From assembly GCA_021786105.1 (NCBI GenBank), contig JAJYNW010000010.1, forward strand, positions 35,330-99,329: a DNA stretch of 64,000 bases, in the 5' to 3' direction. The stretch is from a bacterium. Lineage in GTDB: Bacteria; Patescibacteriota; Microgenomatia; Daviesbacterales; UBA10151. Positions 30,123 through 39,887 of the stretch are shown piece after piece; position 1 is the first letter of the stretch, and the number at the start of each line of letters is the position of its first letter. The position numbers and the translations under genes are program-made. The notes beneath the pieces were generated by a model. That model was not told where the DNA came from. It worked only from the letters and a program-made list of their open reading frames with translations, and ran no database searches.

Positions 30123-30613
30123 CAAAAGTAATGATCATAACTGGTTCTGATTCTGATTTGCCGGTGATGAAGGAGGTGGCAAAAGTTATGGAGGAATTTG
30201 GGGTAAGTTTCGAAATGACAATTTCTTCAGCGCACCGATCACCGGAAAGAACCAAGGAGCTAGTGGAAAATGCCAAAAGCAGCGGAATAAAAGTAATTAT
30301 TGCCGGGGCGGGAATGGCAGCACATCTTGCCGGCGTATTGGCGGCAGAATTTCCTTTGCCGGTGATTGGAGTACCTCTCCAAAGCGGAGTTTTGCATGGG
30401 ATAGATGCTTTACTTTCGACAATGCAAATGCCCTCGGGGATTCCGGTAGCAACTGTAGCGATAAACGGAACAAAAAATGCCGGGATTTTGGCAGTGCAAA
30501 TTTTAGCAACTTCGGATAAAAGTTTGGAAGAAAAGCTGGTGGAATACAAAAAGAAATTAGCTGAAGGTGTTTTAGAAAAGGCAAAAAAATTGGCACAAGA
30601 AATGTCGTCCTGA
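30119..30613 (+). CDS. purE: PurE (N5-CAIR mutase / AIR carboxylase)
   Basis: GSDSD, SAHRSPE, AGMAAHLAGV, QMPSGIPVATV. Confidence 0.95.
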   Translation: MTKVMIITGSDSDLPVMKEVAKVMEEFGVSFEMTISSAHRSPERTKELVENAKSSGIKVIIAGAGMAAHLAGVLAAEFPLPVIGVPLQSGVLHGIDALLSTMQMPSGIPVATVAINGTKNAGILAVQILATSDKSLEEKLVEYKKKLAEGVLEKAKKLAQEMSS

Positions 30614-30680
30614 GTGATTAGCCGAAAGATTTCCCACGGACTGGGAAGATTGCCACGTCGCTACGCTCCTCGCAATGACA
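30603..30680. repeat. Hybrid palindromic element supplying the purE stop codon
   Basis: TGTCGTCCTGAG..GCCGAAAGATTTCCC...GGGAAGATTGCCACGTCGCTACGCTCCTCGCAATGACA. Confidence 0.85.
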
Positions 30681-30686
30681 AGGTAT

Positions 30687-31667
30687 ATGGTTGATGAAAA
30701 AACTGTTATCGCAAATATTCATAATGTTTTAAAAACTGTAAATCTGTCTGGTTTTGGTAAAAAGCATTCCGGTAAAGTCCGCGATAGCTATGAATTGGAC
30801 GGTAAGCGGATTATCATTACCACTGATCGCCAATCCGCTTTTGATAAAATTCTCGGTTTCATTCCTTTTAAAGGACAAGTGTTAACAAAACTTTCAGAAT
30901 TTTGGTTTAAAAAAACAGCAGATATTATCCAAAATCATTTAATTTCCGTCCCTGATCCCAATGTTATGGTAGTAAAAAATTGCCAGGTAATCCCAATTGA
31001 AATGGTGGTTCGCGGTTACATTACCGGCGTGACCGATACTTCGATTTGGGGATCATATGAAAAAAGGGAAAGGGTAATTTACGGCATTAAATTTCCGGAG
31101 GGTTTGCGAAAAAATCAAAAATTAGCAAGCCCGGTAATCACCCCAACCACCAAAGCGGAAAAAGGACATGATGAAAGGTTAACTGAAAAAGAAATTATCC
31201 AAAGAAAAATTGTGACTCCGGCAATTTGGAAACAAATGAAGAAGGTAGCTTTAGAACTTTTTGAAAAGGGACAAAAAGTTTGTGAAAAGGCGGGAATAAT
31301 TTTGGTGGATACAAAGTATGAGTTTGGCTTGGATGAAAAGGGGAAACTAATTTTAGTTGATGAAATACATACTCCTGATTCTTCCAGGTACTGGGTTAAA
31401 AAAACTTATCAGGCAAGATTTAAAAAAGGGTTAGAGCCGGAAAGTTATGACAAAGAACCGTTAAGGATTTGGTTTAAAACTCATGGTTACACCGGCAAAG
31501 GAAAAATTCCTCAAATGCCCCCGGAGTTTATTGCCAAAATGAGCAGGCTTTATATGGGAATTTATGAAAAAATCACCGGCCAAAAGATTATCCCGGATAC
31601 AACTAAAGACGCTGATAATAGAATCAAAAATAATCTGTTAAAATCTGAGTTTGCAAAAGATCGATAA
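30687..31667 (+). CDS. purC: SAICAR synthetase
   Basis: GKVRD, TDRQSAFD, EMVVRGY, DTKYEFG, DEIHTPDSSR; ATG 30675 lies inside the repeat. Confidence 0.95.
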   Translation: MVDEKTVIANIHNVLKTVNLSGFGKKHSGKVRDSYELDGKRIIITTDRQSAFDKILGFIPFKGQVLTKLSEFWFKKTADIIQNHLISVPDPNVMVVKNCQVIPIEMVVRGYITGVTDTSIWGSYEKRERVIYGIKFPEGLRKNQKLASPVITPTTKAEKGHDERLTEKEIIQRKIVTPAIWKQMKKVALELFEKGQKVCEKAGIILVDTKYEFGLDEKGKLILVDEIHTPDSSRYWVKKTYQARFKKGLEPESYDKEPLRIWFKTHGYTGKGKIPQMPPEFIAKMSRLYMGIYEKITGQKIIPDTTKDADNRIKNNLLKSEFAKDR

Positions 31668-31693
31668 GACAGATATAATTTAATATAAGCTTT

Positions 31694-32677
31694 ATGGCAA
31701 GTAGCAACGGTTTTGTATTATTAACAGGAACTGCAAATTTAAAGCTGGCAAGAGATATTGCTAAAGCTTTAGGTAAAGATGCTGACGAAACCGTGACGGT
31801 TTTTTCTGACGGCGAAAAAAGAGTTATCATCCCCGAGAATTTACGTAAACGCGATGTTTTCATTATCCAACCAACCTGTCCGCCGGTTGATGCTAATATC
31901 GTCGAGCTTCTTTTAATCATTGATGCAGCCAAAAGGTCATCCGCCAATGAAGTTTCTGCAGTTATTCCTTATTTCGGTTATTCAAGACAAGACAGAAAAG
32001 ACAGGCCTAGGGTCCCGATATCTGCATCTTTAATTGCCAGATTAATAGAATTTGCTGGTGCAGATCGGATTATTTCAGTTGATATCCATAGTGAACAAGA
32101 GCCGGGTTTTGTCGAAATCCCCTGGGATGTCTTATATGGAAGCTATGCACTTCTGCCGGAGCTAAAAAAGAATTTTCCTGATGGAGATTTAGTGATAGCA
32201 TCACCGGATAAAGGCGGGGTTCCTAAGGCCACCTTTTATGCGGATTTACTTAAAGCGTCAGGCGTGGCCATTGTTTATAAGGAAAGAGATGTGATGAAAG
32301 CAAACGAGAGTCAGGTGATGGATATGATAGGTGATGTTAAGGGTAAAAATGTATTAATTGTTGATGACATGATTGATACAGCCGGCACTATTTGCAACGC
32401 TGCCCAACTAATTAGGGAAAGAGGAGCAAAAAGCGTATCTGCTGCAGCCACTCACGGGATTTTCTCCGGTTCGGCGCCCGAAAGAATCAAGGCTGCTGAT
32501 TTTGATAAAATTTTTATCACTGATACTGTGCCAATCAGAAAAGAAATGATGGATAATCCGAAGTTGACAGTAGTTTCTATCGCTAATCTTTTAGCAGAAG
32601 CTATTAAACGTATTTATCAAGGTGATTCGCTTTCTGAAGAATTAATTCCCAAAGGCCATAAAGAAGAAAGAAACTGA
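31694..32677 (+). CDS. prs: Ribose-phosphate pyrophosphokinase
   Basis: FSDGE, PYFGYSRQDRK, SPDKGG, VDDMIDTAGT. Confidence 0.96.
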   Translation: MASSNGFVLLTGTANLKLARDIAKALGKDADETVTVFSDGEKRVIIPENLRKRDVFIIQPTCPPVDANIVELLLIIDAAKRSSANEVSAVIPYFGYSRQDRKDRPRVPISASLIARLIEFAGADRIISVDIHSEQEPGFVEIPWDVLYGSYALLPELKKNFPDGDLVIASPDKGGVPKATFYADLLKASGVAIVYKERDVMKANESQVMDMIGDVKGKNVLIVDDMIDTAGTICNAAQLIRERGAKSVSAAATHGIFSGSAPERIKAADFDKIFITDTVPIRKEMMDNPKLTVVSIANLLAEAIKRIYQGDSLSEELIPKGHKEERN

Positions 32678-32680
32678 AAA

Positions 32681-32700
32681 TTCTGAGCAACGTCGAAGGA
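32681..32700 (+). repeat. Short repeat remnant between convergent prs and purM
   Basis: TTCTGAGCAACGTCGAAGGA resembles 17880-17907 and 269-288. Confidence 0.55.
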
Positions 32701-33861
32701 TTAACGTAAATCCAAAGTTTCGCCCCCAAAGGTAATATTTTTTGACTTGATAACAACTTGTCTTTTTCCTTCTTCCAAATATCCAGCGTCCAAGCTTTCA
32801 AAACCATTTTCCTTGATAATTTCTTGAGCTTTTTCGACATCCTCAGTCGGTAAGAATATTGCATAATCTTGCCCCATGTTATAAGTGCCGTACATTTCCT
32901 CATCGGACAAATTGCTGTGTTTCTGAATAAAAGCAAATAATTCCGGGGCGGGATAAACCTTTTCTATCACGTAAACGAAATCTTGAGGCGCCCGCATAAC
33001 TTTGCGAAGTCCATGGCCGGTTATATTGGAGATGTAATGGATATTCACCCATTGATCAAGTAAGCTCTGGATTAATTTGACATAAATATTAGTTTTGGAA
33101 AGAAGTGCTTCGCCGTACAATTGTCCGCTGGGAAGTTTGGTTGCGTATCCATCAGGTAATTCTTTAGCAACTGCTCTGGCCAGCGAAACTCCATTAGCAT
33201 TAATGCCGTTGCTTTTTAAGAAAATAATTCTGTCTCCTTTTTGTAAATTCCCGGCTTTGATTAACCGGCCATTTTTAATGGTTCCTATGGCTGATCCGGC
33301 CAGATCAACAGTTCCTTCCTTAATAATTCCTTTAAGCGTAGGTGTTTCTCCGCCGCCCCAAGCTACTCCTGACTCATTACAAGCATTTTTCCAGCCTTGG
33401 ATTAAATCTTTCATTCTTTCTTCGTCCTGCAGCCAGCTGTTATCCTCGATGGCCCAATAGGCATGCAACACAAACGGCTTAGCTCCTGAGGTAATAAGGT
33501 CGTTTATTATTGTAGCCACGGTATCATGGGCGATAATATCGTAATAAGTTTTCTTGGTGATTGTTCTCATCTCGTCCGCCACTAAGTTTTTTGTCCCCAA
33601 TCCTTCAATTACCGAAGCCATGAAGGTTTTTTCATCAACTTGCCAAACAAAGGCTGATTCGCCCCGGCTGTCTGATATTTCTTTATAATTAATTGCTGCT
33701 AAATTTTTAGCGGTTTGGGCTGCCGCGGTTTGGGCTAATTTTTTAATCGGATCTTTGGTGCCGTAGTTGTCTCCGACTTGAGAATAAGTCAAGCTTGTCG
33801 CTGCGCGATAAGTGATAGATTGTTTATTACGAAGTGACAAACTTGTTTTATCTTGTGCCAT
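32701..33861 (-). CDS. purM: AIR synthetase (divergent PurM)
   Basis: EGLGTK, GGETP, SNGINANG, NITGHG, TYNMG; likely start ATG 33861. Confidence 0.88.
   Translation of the reverse strand: MAQDKTSLSLRNKQSITYRAATSLTYSQVGDNYGTKDPIKKLAQTAAAQTAKNLAAINYKEISDSRGESAFVWQVDEKTFMASVIEGLGTKNLVADEMRTITKKTYYDIIAHDTVATIINDLITSGAKPFVLHAYWAIEDNSWLQDEERMKDLIQGWKNACNESGVAWGGGETPTLKGIIKEGTVDLAGSAIGTIKNGRLIKAGNLQKGDRIIFLKSNGINANGVSLARAVAKELPDGYATKLPSGQLYGEALLSKTNIYVKLIQSLLDQWVNIHYISNITGHGLRKVMRAPQDFVYVIEKVYPAPELFAFIQKHSNLSDEEMYGTYNMGQDYAIFLPTEDVEKAQEIIKENGFESLDAGYLEEGKRQVVIKSKNITFGGETLDLR
33792..33843. repeat. Degenerate hairpin in the purM N-terminus
   Basis: AGCTTGTCGCT/AGTGACAAACT stem; minus strand TGTCACTTCG..AAACAATCT resembles TGTCATTGCG..GCAATCT. 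Confidence 0.55.
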
Positions 33862-33895
33862 TTGTGTGATTAATATACCATATTTATTACTCTCA

Positions 33896-34750
33896 ATGAA
33901 ATTGAAATTGTCCAAAGAAAATAAATTACGCTCCGCAAAACACCACACCCGTTTATTATTAATTTTTCTTCTGGCATGTTCAGTTTTACTTTTAGTTACA
34001 GTATTGGATTACCAAGAGCTAATCTATCCGCCTCCTCACGAGAATCAGGTTTCCCCTAAGCAATATATTAACGGTAAAGCGGAAGTAGTTGAGCATGGCC
34101 CCAGGGATAAAAAAAGAATAGCATTAACTTTTGATGCCGATATGACTCCGGGGATGTACCTACTTTTAGAAAAGGGGATTGTTAAATCTTGGTATAACAA
34201 GCCCATCAAAGAAACATTAGATCGCGAGCGGGTAAAAGCCACGGTATTTTTAGGAGGTCTTTGGACAAAAGCGTATCCCAAGGAAGCGTATAATTTGGCC
34301 CATGATTCACTGATAGAAATAGGAAACCATTCTTATAGCCATTATGCATTTACCAAAAACTGCTTTGGATTAAGTGTTTTGAAAGATGGGGGGCATACGG
34401 ATGATGTAGGGGCTGCGCAAAGAGAAATTTTTAAGGCTACGGGGATTATCCCCAGGTACTTCCGTTTTCCCGGCGGTTGTTTTAATCAGGTTGATGTAGA
34501 AGCATTAGCTAAAAGAGGTTTGAAGGTGGTTCATTGGGATGTGATAGCCGGAGATGGATTTAATCAAAATGCCGATTCGATCGTGAGAAAAGTAGAAGGA
34601 AATGTGCAAAACGGGTCGATTGTAGTTTTCCATATCCATGATGGTCCTTATGCGCCCAAGACAAATGATGCTCTAATAAGAATTATCCCGGATTTAAAAA
34701 AAAGAGGTTTTGAATTTGTGACAATTTCTGAGATGATAGGAGATAGCTAA
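33896..34750 (+). CDS. Polysaccharide deacetylase (NodB/CE4), N-terminal TM
   Basis: IALTFDAD, GNHSYSH, FRFPGG, IVVFH. Confidence 0.88.
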   Translation: MKLKLSKENKLRSAKHHTRLLLIFLLACSVLLLVTVLDYQELIYPPPHENQVSPKQYINGKAEVVEHGPRDKKRIALTFDADMTPGMYLLLEKGIVKSWYNKPIKETLDRERVKATVFLGGLWTKAYPKEAYNLAHDSLIEIGNHSYSHYAFTKNCFGLSVLKDGGHTDDVGAAQREIFKATGIIPRYFRFPGGCFNQVDVEALAKRGLKVVHWDVIAGDGFNQNADSIVRKVEGNVQNGSIVVFHIHDGPYAPKTNDALIRIIPDLKKRGFEFVTISEMIGDS

Positions 34751-34828
34751 ATGATAAATTGGCCATTAAATCCTTAGTTTACCCTGGCTTAATCACAGCA
34801 AACTTTGGTATAATTTTTTTTAAACCTA

Positions 34829-35710
34829 ATGAGTAAACGTCATGTCCGTCATTTTCCCGTCTCCGTAATTTTAATCCTTTTATTTTTGTCGATCGTTTCA
34901 ACTTTTAAAGCATCAAATTTCAAAAAATCTATTCCTGATGTTGTTGAAATGCCCAAAGACGTTAAGGAGTCGATTAAAAATACCAAACCGCAAAAAGTTT
35001 TATATGTACCGATTTTGATGTATCACTATGTTGAGTATGTTAAAGATCAGGGCGATACCATCAGGAAATCACTAAATATCATGCCATATACATTTGATTT
35101 AGAAATAAAGACTTTAAAAGATGCCGGTTTTCATTTTATTACTACTGCTGATTTGGCAGAGGCTTTAGATGATAAAAAAACCTTGCCTCCAAAATCTATA
35201 ATTTTAACTTTTGATGACGGTTACCGGGATTTCTATACGGATGTATTTCCGATTTTGAAAAAATACCAAGCCAAGGCAGTGTCGTATGTCGTGCCCAACT
35301 TTTTAGATAAACCAAATAATTTAACAACTAGGCAGCTTAAAGAAATTGCTAAAAGCGGTTTGGTAGAAATCGGAGCGCATACAATGGATCATACTTATTT
35401 AGCCGGTTTGCCTTTGCATCGGGTGGAGTATGAAGTTGATCAAAGCAAAAAGACTCTTGAAAAATTATTAGGTATACCGGTGGTATCATTTGCTTATCCA
35501 TATGGAGCGTTTGATAACCAGGCAATTGGTGTGGTGAAAAAAGCCGGTTTTAAATCTGCCGTCACCACTTTGCCCGGAATTTATACCTTGGATATTAACA
35601 GATTTTTCCTTTACCGGATTCGGCCGGGCGGCAGGATAGGAGAGATGCTTTTGGATTTATTTAAATCTGAATCTTTGAAAACAAGTAGCTCCCCAGCACA
35701 AATAAAATAG
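34829..35710 (+). CDS. Polysaccharide deacetylase (IcaB/PgaB-like CE4)
   Basis: PILMYH, LTFDDGY, GAHTMDH, FAYPYG. Confidence 0.9.
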   Translation: MSKRHVRHFPVSVILILLFLSIVSTFKASNFKKSIPDVVEMPKDVKESIKNTKPQKVLYVPILMYHYVEYVKDQGDTIRKSLNIMPYTFDLEIKTLKDAGFHFITTADLAEALDDKKTLPPKSIILTFDDGYRDFYTDVFPILKKYQAKAVSYVVPNFLDKPNNLTTRQLKEIAKSGLVEIGAHTMDHTYLAGLPLHRVEYEVDQSKKTLEKLLGIPVVSFAYPYGAFDNQAIGVVKKAGFKSAVTTLPGIYTLDINRFFLYRIRPGGRIGEMLLDLFKSESLKTSSSPAQIK

Positions 35711-36407
35711 CAGTTAAAACACCTAAGACTGTTAAGTCTAAGGATAATCCAAAGTGAGATGACCCGGTCAAAGTCTGTCTGAGGCCGTCGATGCCAAAAG
35801 ACAGCGGGTTAACTTTAGAGATCGTCTGCAAAAAAGGAGGAGCGGATTGAAGGGGAAACAGGGCCCCGGACAGGAAAAACAAGGGCATTACCAGAAAATT
35901 CATAATCAGTTGAAATCCCTGGAAGTCTTCGAGGGTAGAGGCAATGGCAGTGCCTAAAGCTGTAAAAAGCAGGGCAATTAAAAACATAATAAAAATTGCT
36001 CCCGGCACGGCCCATAAATTATTTGGCCTAAAGCCAACTAATAAAGTTAAAATTAAAACAATGACTCCCTGTATGGTAGCAATGGTAGCCCCGCCCAAAG
36101 TTCTGCCGATCATGATTTCCAATCTGGAAACCGGGGCAACTAACGTTTCTTTCAAAAATCCAAACTGCCGGTCCCAAATTAGCTCAATTCCGGAAAAGAT
36201 GGCAGTAAAAAGAATACCTTGGGCAATGACTCCCGGGCCTAAAAATTCGATATAATTTCCGCCGCCGGCTTTTTGGAAAATCGGGCCGAATCCGAAACCA
36301 AGCGCCACTAGGAAAAGCAGAGGTTGTCCTAGTGATCCGATTATTCTGGATTTGGATCTAAGGTATCTTTTTATTTGTCTTAACCAAAGAATATAAATTG
36401 TTGACAT
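35661..36407 (-). CDS. ABC-2 type exporter permease
   Basis: DRQFGFLKETLVAPVSR, FLSGALFP, NPLS. Confidence 0.9.
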   Translation of the reverse strand: MSTIYILWLRQIKRYLRSKSRIIGSLGQPLLFLVALGFGFGPIFQKAGGGNYIEFLGPGVIAQGILFTAIFSGIELIWDRQFGFLKETLVAPVSRLEIMIGRTLGGATIATIQGVIVLILTLLVGFRPNNLWAVPGAIFIMFLIALLFTALGTAIASTLEDFQGFQLIMNFLVMPLFFLSGALFPLQSAPPFLQTISKVNPLSFGIDGLRQTLTGSSHFGLSLDLTVLGVLTAILFVLGSYLFSKIQI

Positions 36408-37210
36408 TATCGTCTTCCTGTAAACATTCTTCTTCTCATTCTCAAACGGTCAACTCCGCTGACTTCTTCTTCCCGGATTTTGCGGCCGGTTAAGGATAGG
36501 AAGGCTTCTTCCAAAGAGTTGGTTTTGGTTTGTTTCTCAAGTTGATTTGATGTGCCTTGGGCAACAATTTTGCCGTGGTCAATAATGGCAATCCTTTGAG
36601 CTACTTTTTCTGCTTCTTCCATATAATGAGTGGTGAAAAAAATGGTAATTTGTTCTGATTTGTTTAAATTTTGGATATATGACCACATTTGATTTCTGGT
36701 TTGCGGATCCAAGCCGATGGTCGGTTCATCCAGAAAAAAAACTTTCGGGTGGTGAAGTAGGCCGCGGGCAATTTCCAGTCGTCTTTTCATGCCACCGGAG
36801 AAAGTTTTTACCAAATCATTCTTGCGGTCCCAAAGGTCAACTATCTCCAAAAGTTCTTTAATGCGGGATCTCCGTAAAGTACCGGAGACTTTATACAAAA
36901 TGCCATGGAAATCCATGTTTTCGTATGCGGTTAACTCGTCGTCTAAACTTGGATCTTGGAAAACAATCCCAAAAGATTTTCTGGCTTGGTCTTGTTGGGT
37001 TTTTGGGTCAAAGCCATTGACCTCCATGCGGCCGCTGGTGGGAGACAGTAGAGTGGTCAGCATTTTAATGGTGGTGGATTTGCCAGCGCCGTTTGGTCCT
37101 AAAAAGGCAAAAATTTCTCCCTTTTTGACTTCAAAACTGATATTATCAACAGCGGTAAAATCGCCGAATTTTTTAGTGAGATCCTTAACTTCAATTGCTA
37201 AATCTGTCAT
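36407..37210 (-). CDS. ABC exporter ATP-binding protein (DrrA-like)
   Basis: GPNGAGKST, FSGGMKRR, LDEPTIGLD. Confidence 0.93.
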   Translation of the reverse strand: MTDLAIEVKDLTKKFGDFTAVDNISFEVKKGEIFAFLGPNGAGKSTTIKMLTTLLSPTSGRMEVNGFDPKTQQDQARKSFGIVFQDPSLDDELTAYENMDFHGILYKVSGTLRRSRIKELLEIVDLWDRKNDLVKTFSGGMKRRLEIARGLLHHPKVFFLDEPTIGLDPQTRNQMWSYIQNLNKSEQITIFFTTHYMEEAEKVAQRIAIIDHGKIVAQGTSNQLEKQTKTNSLEEAFLSLTGRKIREEEVSGVDRLRMRRRMFTGRR

Positions 37211-37229
37211 TTTTTTTTGCAGAATTATC

Positions 37230-38798
37230 TTAATCTAATTTCTCTTGATTGGTCAACATAAATTTTTGTACAGTAAAACCACCAATGGTTTTTTGTTCAA
37301 TCAATTTGCCATGATCTTGAGCCCAGGTTCTGCCTTTATTTTTAAAAACCTCGGGAATCCTGCCGGTTTCAGAAATCAATAAATAAAAGTACTTTTCTTT
37401 ATTCGTGGCCTTGGGAAGCAAATCGTAGGGGTGGAGCTGGTCTCCGCCTAACCAGCCCGGCACATACCCAAAGTGATTTTTGCCGTACCAATTATACAAA
37501 TAAGCCCACATGCCGTTATAGTAAAGAGGATAAGTAACGGCGTTGATGGCAAACGGTTCTCCGTTGGATTGTTGATAAGTAAAATCTATGACTTGTAACT
37601 GGGAATTAAGGTCTGTGGTTGAATCATAGACATTATCAAACAACTCGTAATTTTTATGGGATCTTGCAAGTATTAAATTAGTATTACCCCAGACAATCAA
37701 CAAAAGAACCGGCAGGATTAAAATAAGTTTTTTGAGTCTATAAAGTGCATATCCGGTAATTAAGGCGATGGCTCCCGGTAAACCAATCAAAAACCAGGGT
37801 TTTTGGTGATATCCCAAAATGAGAGTGACCAGAGGGGAAAATAAATATAGCAATAAAAAATAAATGCCGCGCTTCTCCTCTTTTATTGTTTTGCGCTGAA
37901 TTAGGGGATAGACAGAAAGGAGAATTACTGTGACTGCAAACAATAGGCCTAAATCCAATCTCTGGGGATAGAGATTTAAAGAAAACTGCTTGCCAAAATC
38001 ATGAATGAAAAAATTCAAACGTTCCGGGTAAGTAAACCTGGCTTCCGGAGAATTGGCAGACAAAGTTAGAATGGTTTTAACTCCGGAAAAATTTAACTTA
38101 ATCTCCGTTAAGATCATAGTAGAAACTGATAGAGTAAAAGCTATCAAGCTTAAAATAGTTAGTTTCAAACCGGGGATTTTGGGTTTGAAGATAAGCCAAA
38201 AGATTAAAGTTATGGGAATTAAGTAAATAAAAGATATAGAACTTTCTATAGATAATCCTAAGAAAATTGCCGAAAGTACCAACCCCCATTTTTTGTTTTT
38301 AAAGTAGCTCCATAAACCAAAATAAAACAAGGGCACCGTGGTAAAGGCTGTGGTTTCATTAAACAATAAACCAGCAAACTTGATGGCTTCAAATGAAACG
38401 GCAGCTAAGATAGCCGTTAAAAGGGCGGGAAGTTTTTTCCCAAAAATTGATTTTGATAGGAAAAATAAAATAACTGCAGAGAGTAAATTAAAAAAACTAT
38501 TCCAGTAAGCGCTTGCTATCAGATCTCCGCCAGAGAAAAAGAAGGGGATAACATTGTAGTAAAAAAATAACACGCCGTGATGAAGTCTGGGATCACCATA
38601 GATAGCGCGCCCGATAATTGGCAGTTGGTGATCAACGGTGATCTTGTAGGTATAAAAGGCGTCCTCGATTTGATCAAAATCAAAAACTAAATTAAATCCC
38701 CGGATATTTTCGTATCTTAACCAACCACCTAAAGCTAAAAGGCTTAGTAGAATTAGAATGATTACTATTGTATGTTTTTTAAAACCGATTTTAAGCAC
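37230..38798 (-). CDS. GT-C fold membrane glycosyltransferase (ArnT/PMT-like)
   Basis: Multi-TM protein with FDFDQ acidic loop after the first TM. Confidence 0.7.
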   Translation of the reverse strand: MLKIGFKKHTIVIILILLSLLALGGWLRYENIRGFNLVFDFDQIEDAFYTYKITVDHQLPIIGRAIYGDPRLHHGVLFFYYNVIPFFFSGGDLIASAYWNSFFNLLSAVILFFLSKSIFGKKLPALLTAILAAVSFEAIKFAGLLFNETTAFTTVPLFYFGLWSYFKNKKWGLVLSAIFLGLSIESSISFIYLIPITLIFWLIFKPKIPGLKLTILSLIAFTLSVSTMILTEIKLNFSGVKTILTLSANSPEARFTYPERLNFFIHDFGKQFSLNLYPQRLDLGLLFAVTVILLSVYPLIQRKTIKEEKRGIYFLLLYLFSPLVTLILGYHQKPWFLIGLPGAIALITGYALYRLKKLILILPVLLLIVWGNTNLILARSHKNYELFDNVYDSTTDLNSQLQVIDFTYQQSNGEPFAINAVTYPLYYNGMWAYLYNWYGKNHFGYVPGWLGGDQLHPYDLLPKATNKEKYFYLLISETGRIPEVFKNKGRTWAQDHGKLIEQKTIGGFTVQKFMLTNQEKLD

Positions 38799-38867
38799 AG
38801 AATTTATTATATACTTTTCTTAAAGGAGACTATAACTTATTTTGTTTCGAGGATCGCTTAGGGAAGA

Positions 38868-39800
38868 TTAAAAAGAGATTAGCTTAATTAAGTTAGCTAG
38901 CAGGGATTGTTCTTGCGTTACTAAGTTACCTGATTCCGCTGAAACAAAAGCTGTGACCGGCGTGGAAATAGGTATAAACCCTAATACTTTATATTCTTTC
39001 TCACCATTTACTTTATAGACTACCGTTTGATCTTTTACCTCCAGTTTAATTGTTCCGTTGATATTTCCAAGTTTCGCAGATGGAGAGGCATTTGCTATTT
39101 GCCCTTGAATTTTGTTGATGATATTGGCGGAAAGAAGTGTTTGGATTGCTTGGTCAGGCAAAACTGTAACAGCTTTTTGACCGTTTGGCGTGGTCACGGT
39201 TAGTTGTCGGGTAGCGATATCAACTGATAAGGGAAAATCTATTTCGGCCTTGATATTATTTTTGGTAATTACTGGTTTACCGCTCTCCGTGGAGATTTTA
39301 ATGCCTTCATTTTCCAACTTATTATCAATATCTTCTTGAGCTTTTTCCATTCCATCATCTTTTAATTCCACTTTTTTTCCATTCTTGTTTTCAGCGTCTA
39401 TCTTAACTTGTCCGTTTTCTGATTCATATTTCAGTTTCAGCTTATCTTGTTCAATCTCTATCTTAGTTGCGCCATTATCCTCAACTTTGGTTTTTATTTT
39501 TTGGCCACTTAATGTTTCTGTTTCTGTTTCACTCTTTTGATTTGATTCTTTTTGTTGCTCCTGTTGTTTTTGTTGGGTTTCTTGCTGTTGTTCGGAGATT
39601 TTTTTAGCTGTTTCTTGGGCTTGTTCATTATTCTTATCTGTGTCTTCGCCTAGAACATATTGGGAGGTAGAAGTAGGGAATTGTTGTGTAGTAGTAATAT
39701 TGGCTGAGGCAATAAGGCCTGTGGCCACTAAAACAGCTATTAAAAGCAGGATATGGCTAAATCCTTCTTCGTTTGAACAGTGGAGCGGTGATTTAGACAT
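38868..39800 (-). CDS. Secreted/surface hypothetical protein with prepilin-like N-terminus
   Basis: NEEGF followed by hydrophobic stretch, Q/E-rich linker; start 39800 preferred. Confidence 0.65.
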   Translation of the reverse strand: MSKSPLHCSNEEGFSHILLLIAVLVATGLIASANITTTQQFPTSTSQYVLGEDTDKNNEQAQETAKKISEQQQETQQKQQEQQKESNQKSETETETLSGQKIKTKVEDNGATKIEIEQDKLKLKYESENGQVKIDAENKNGKKVELKDDGMEKAQEDIDNKLENEGIKISTESGKPVITKNNIKAEIDFPLSVDIATRQLTVTTPNGQKAVTVLPDQAIQTLLSANIINKIQGQIANASPSAKLGNINGTIKLEVKDQTVVYKVNGEKEYKVLGFIPISTPVTAFVSAESGNLVTQEQSLLANLIKLISF

Positions 39801-39887
39801 TAAAATAACATTAAAGTATTGGCCAATATTTGTCAATTGATTAATGCTAATTTGACAAGACAGCTTGGCAGTGGGATAGTAAAATTA

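Noticed and set aside
33862-33948. Extended starts of purM (33948) and the deacetylase (33812)
   Set aside because: They would overlap head to head; ATG 33861 and ATG 33896 resolve this.
35661-35710. Convergent gene overlaps (also 6825, 13634, 23618, 51701) as antisense regulation
   Set aside because: Expected in a compact genome; no further evidence.
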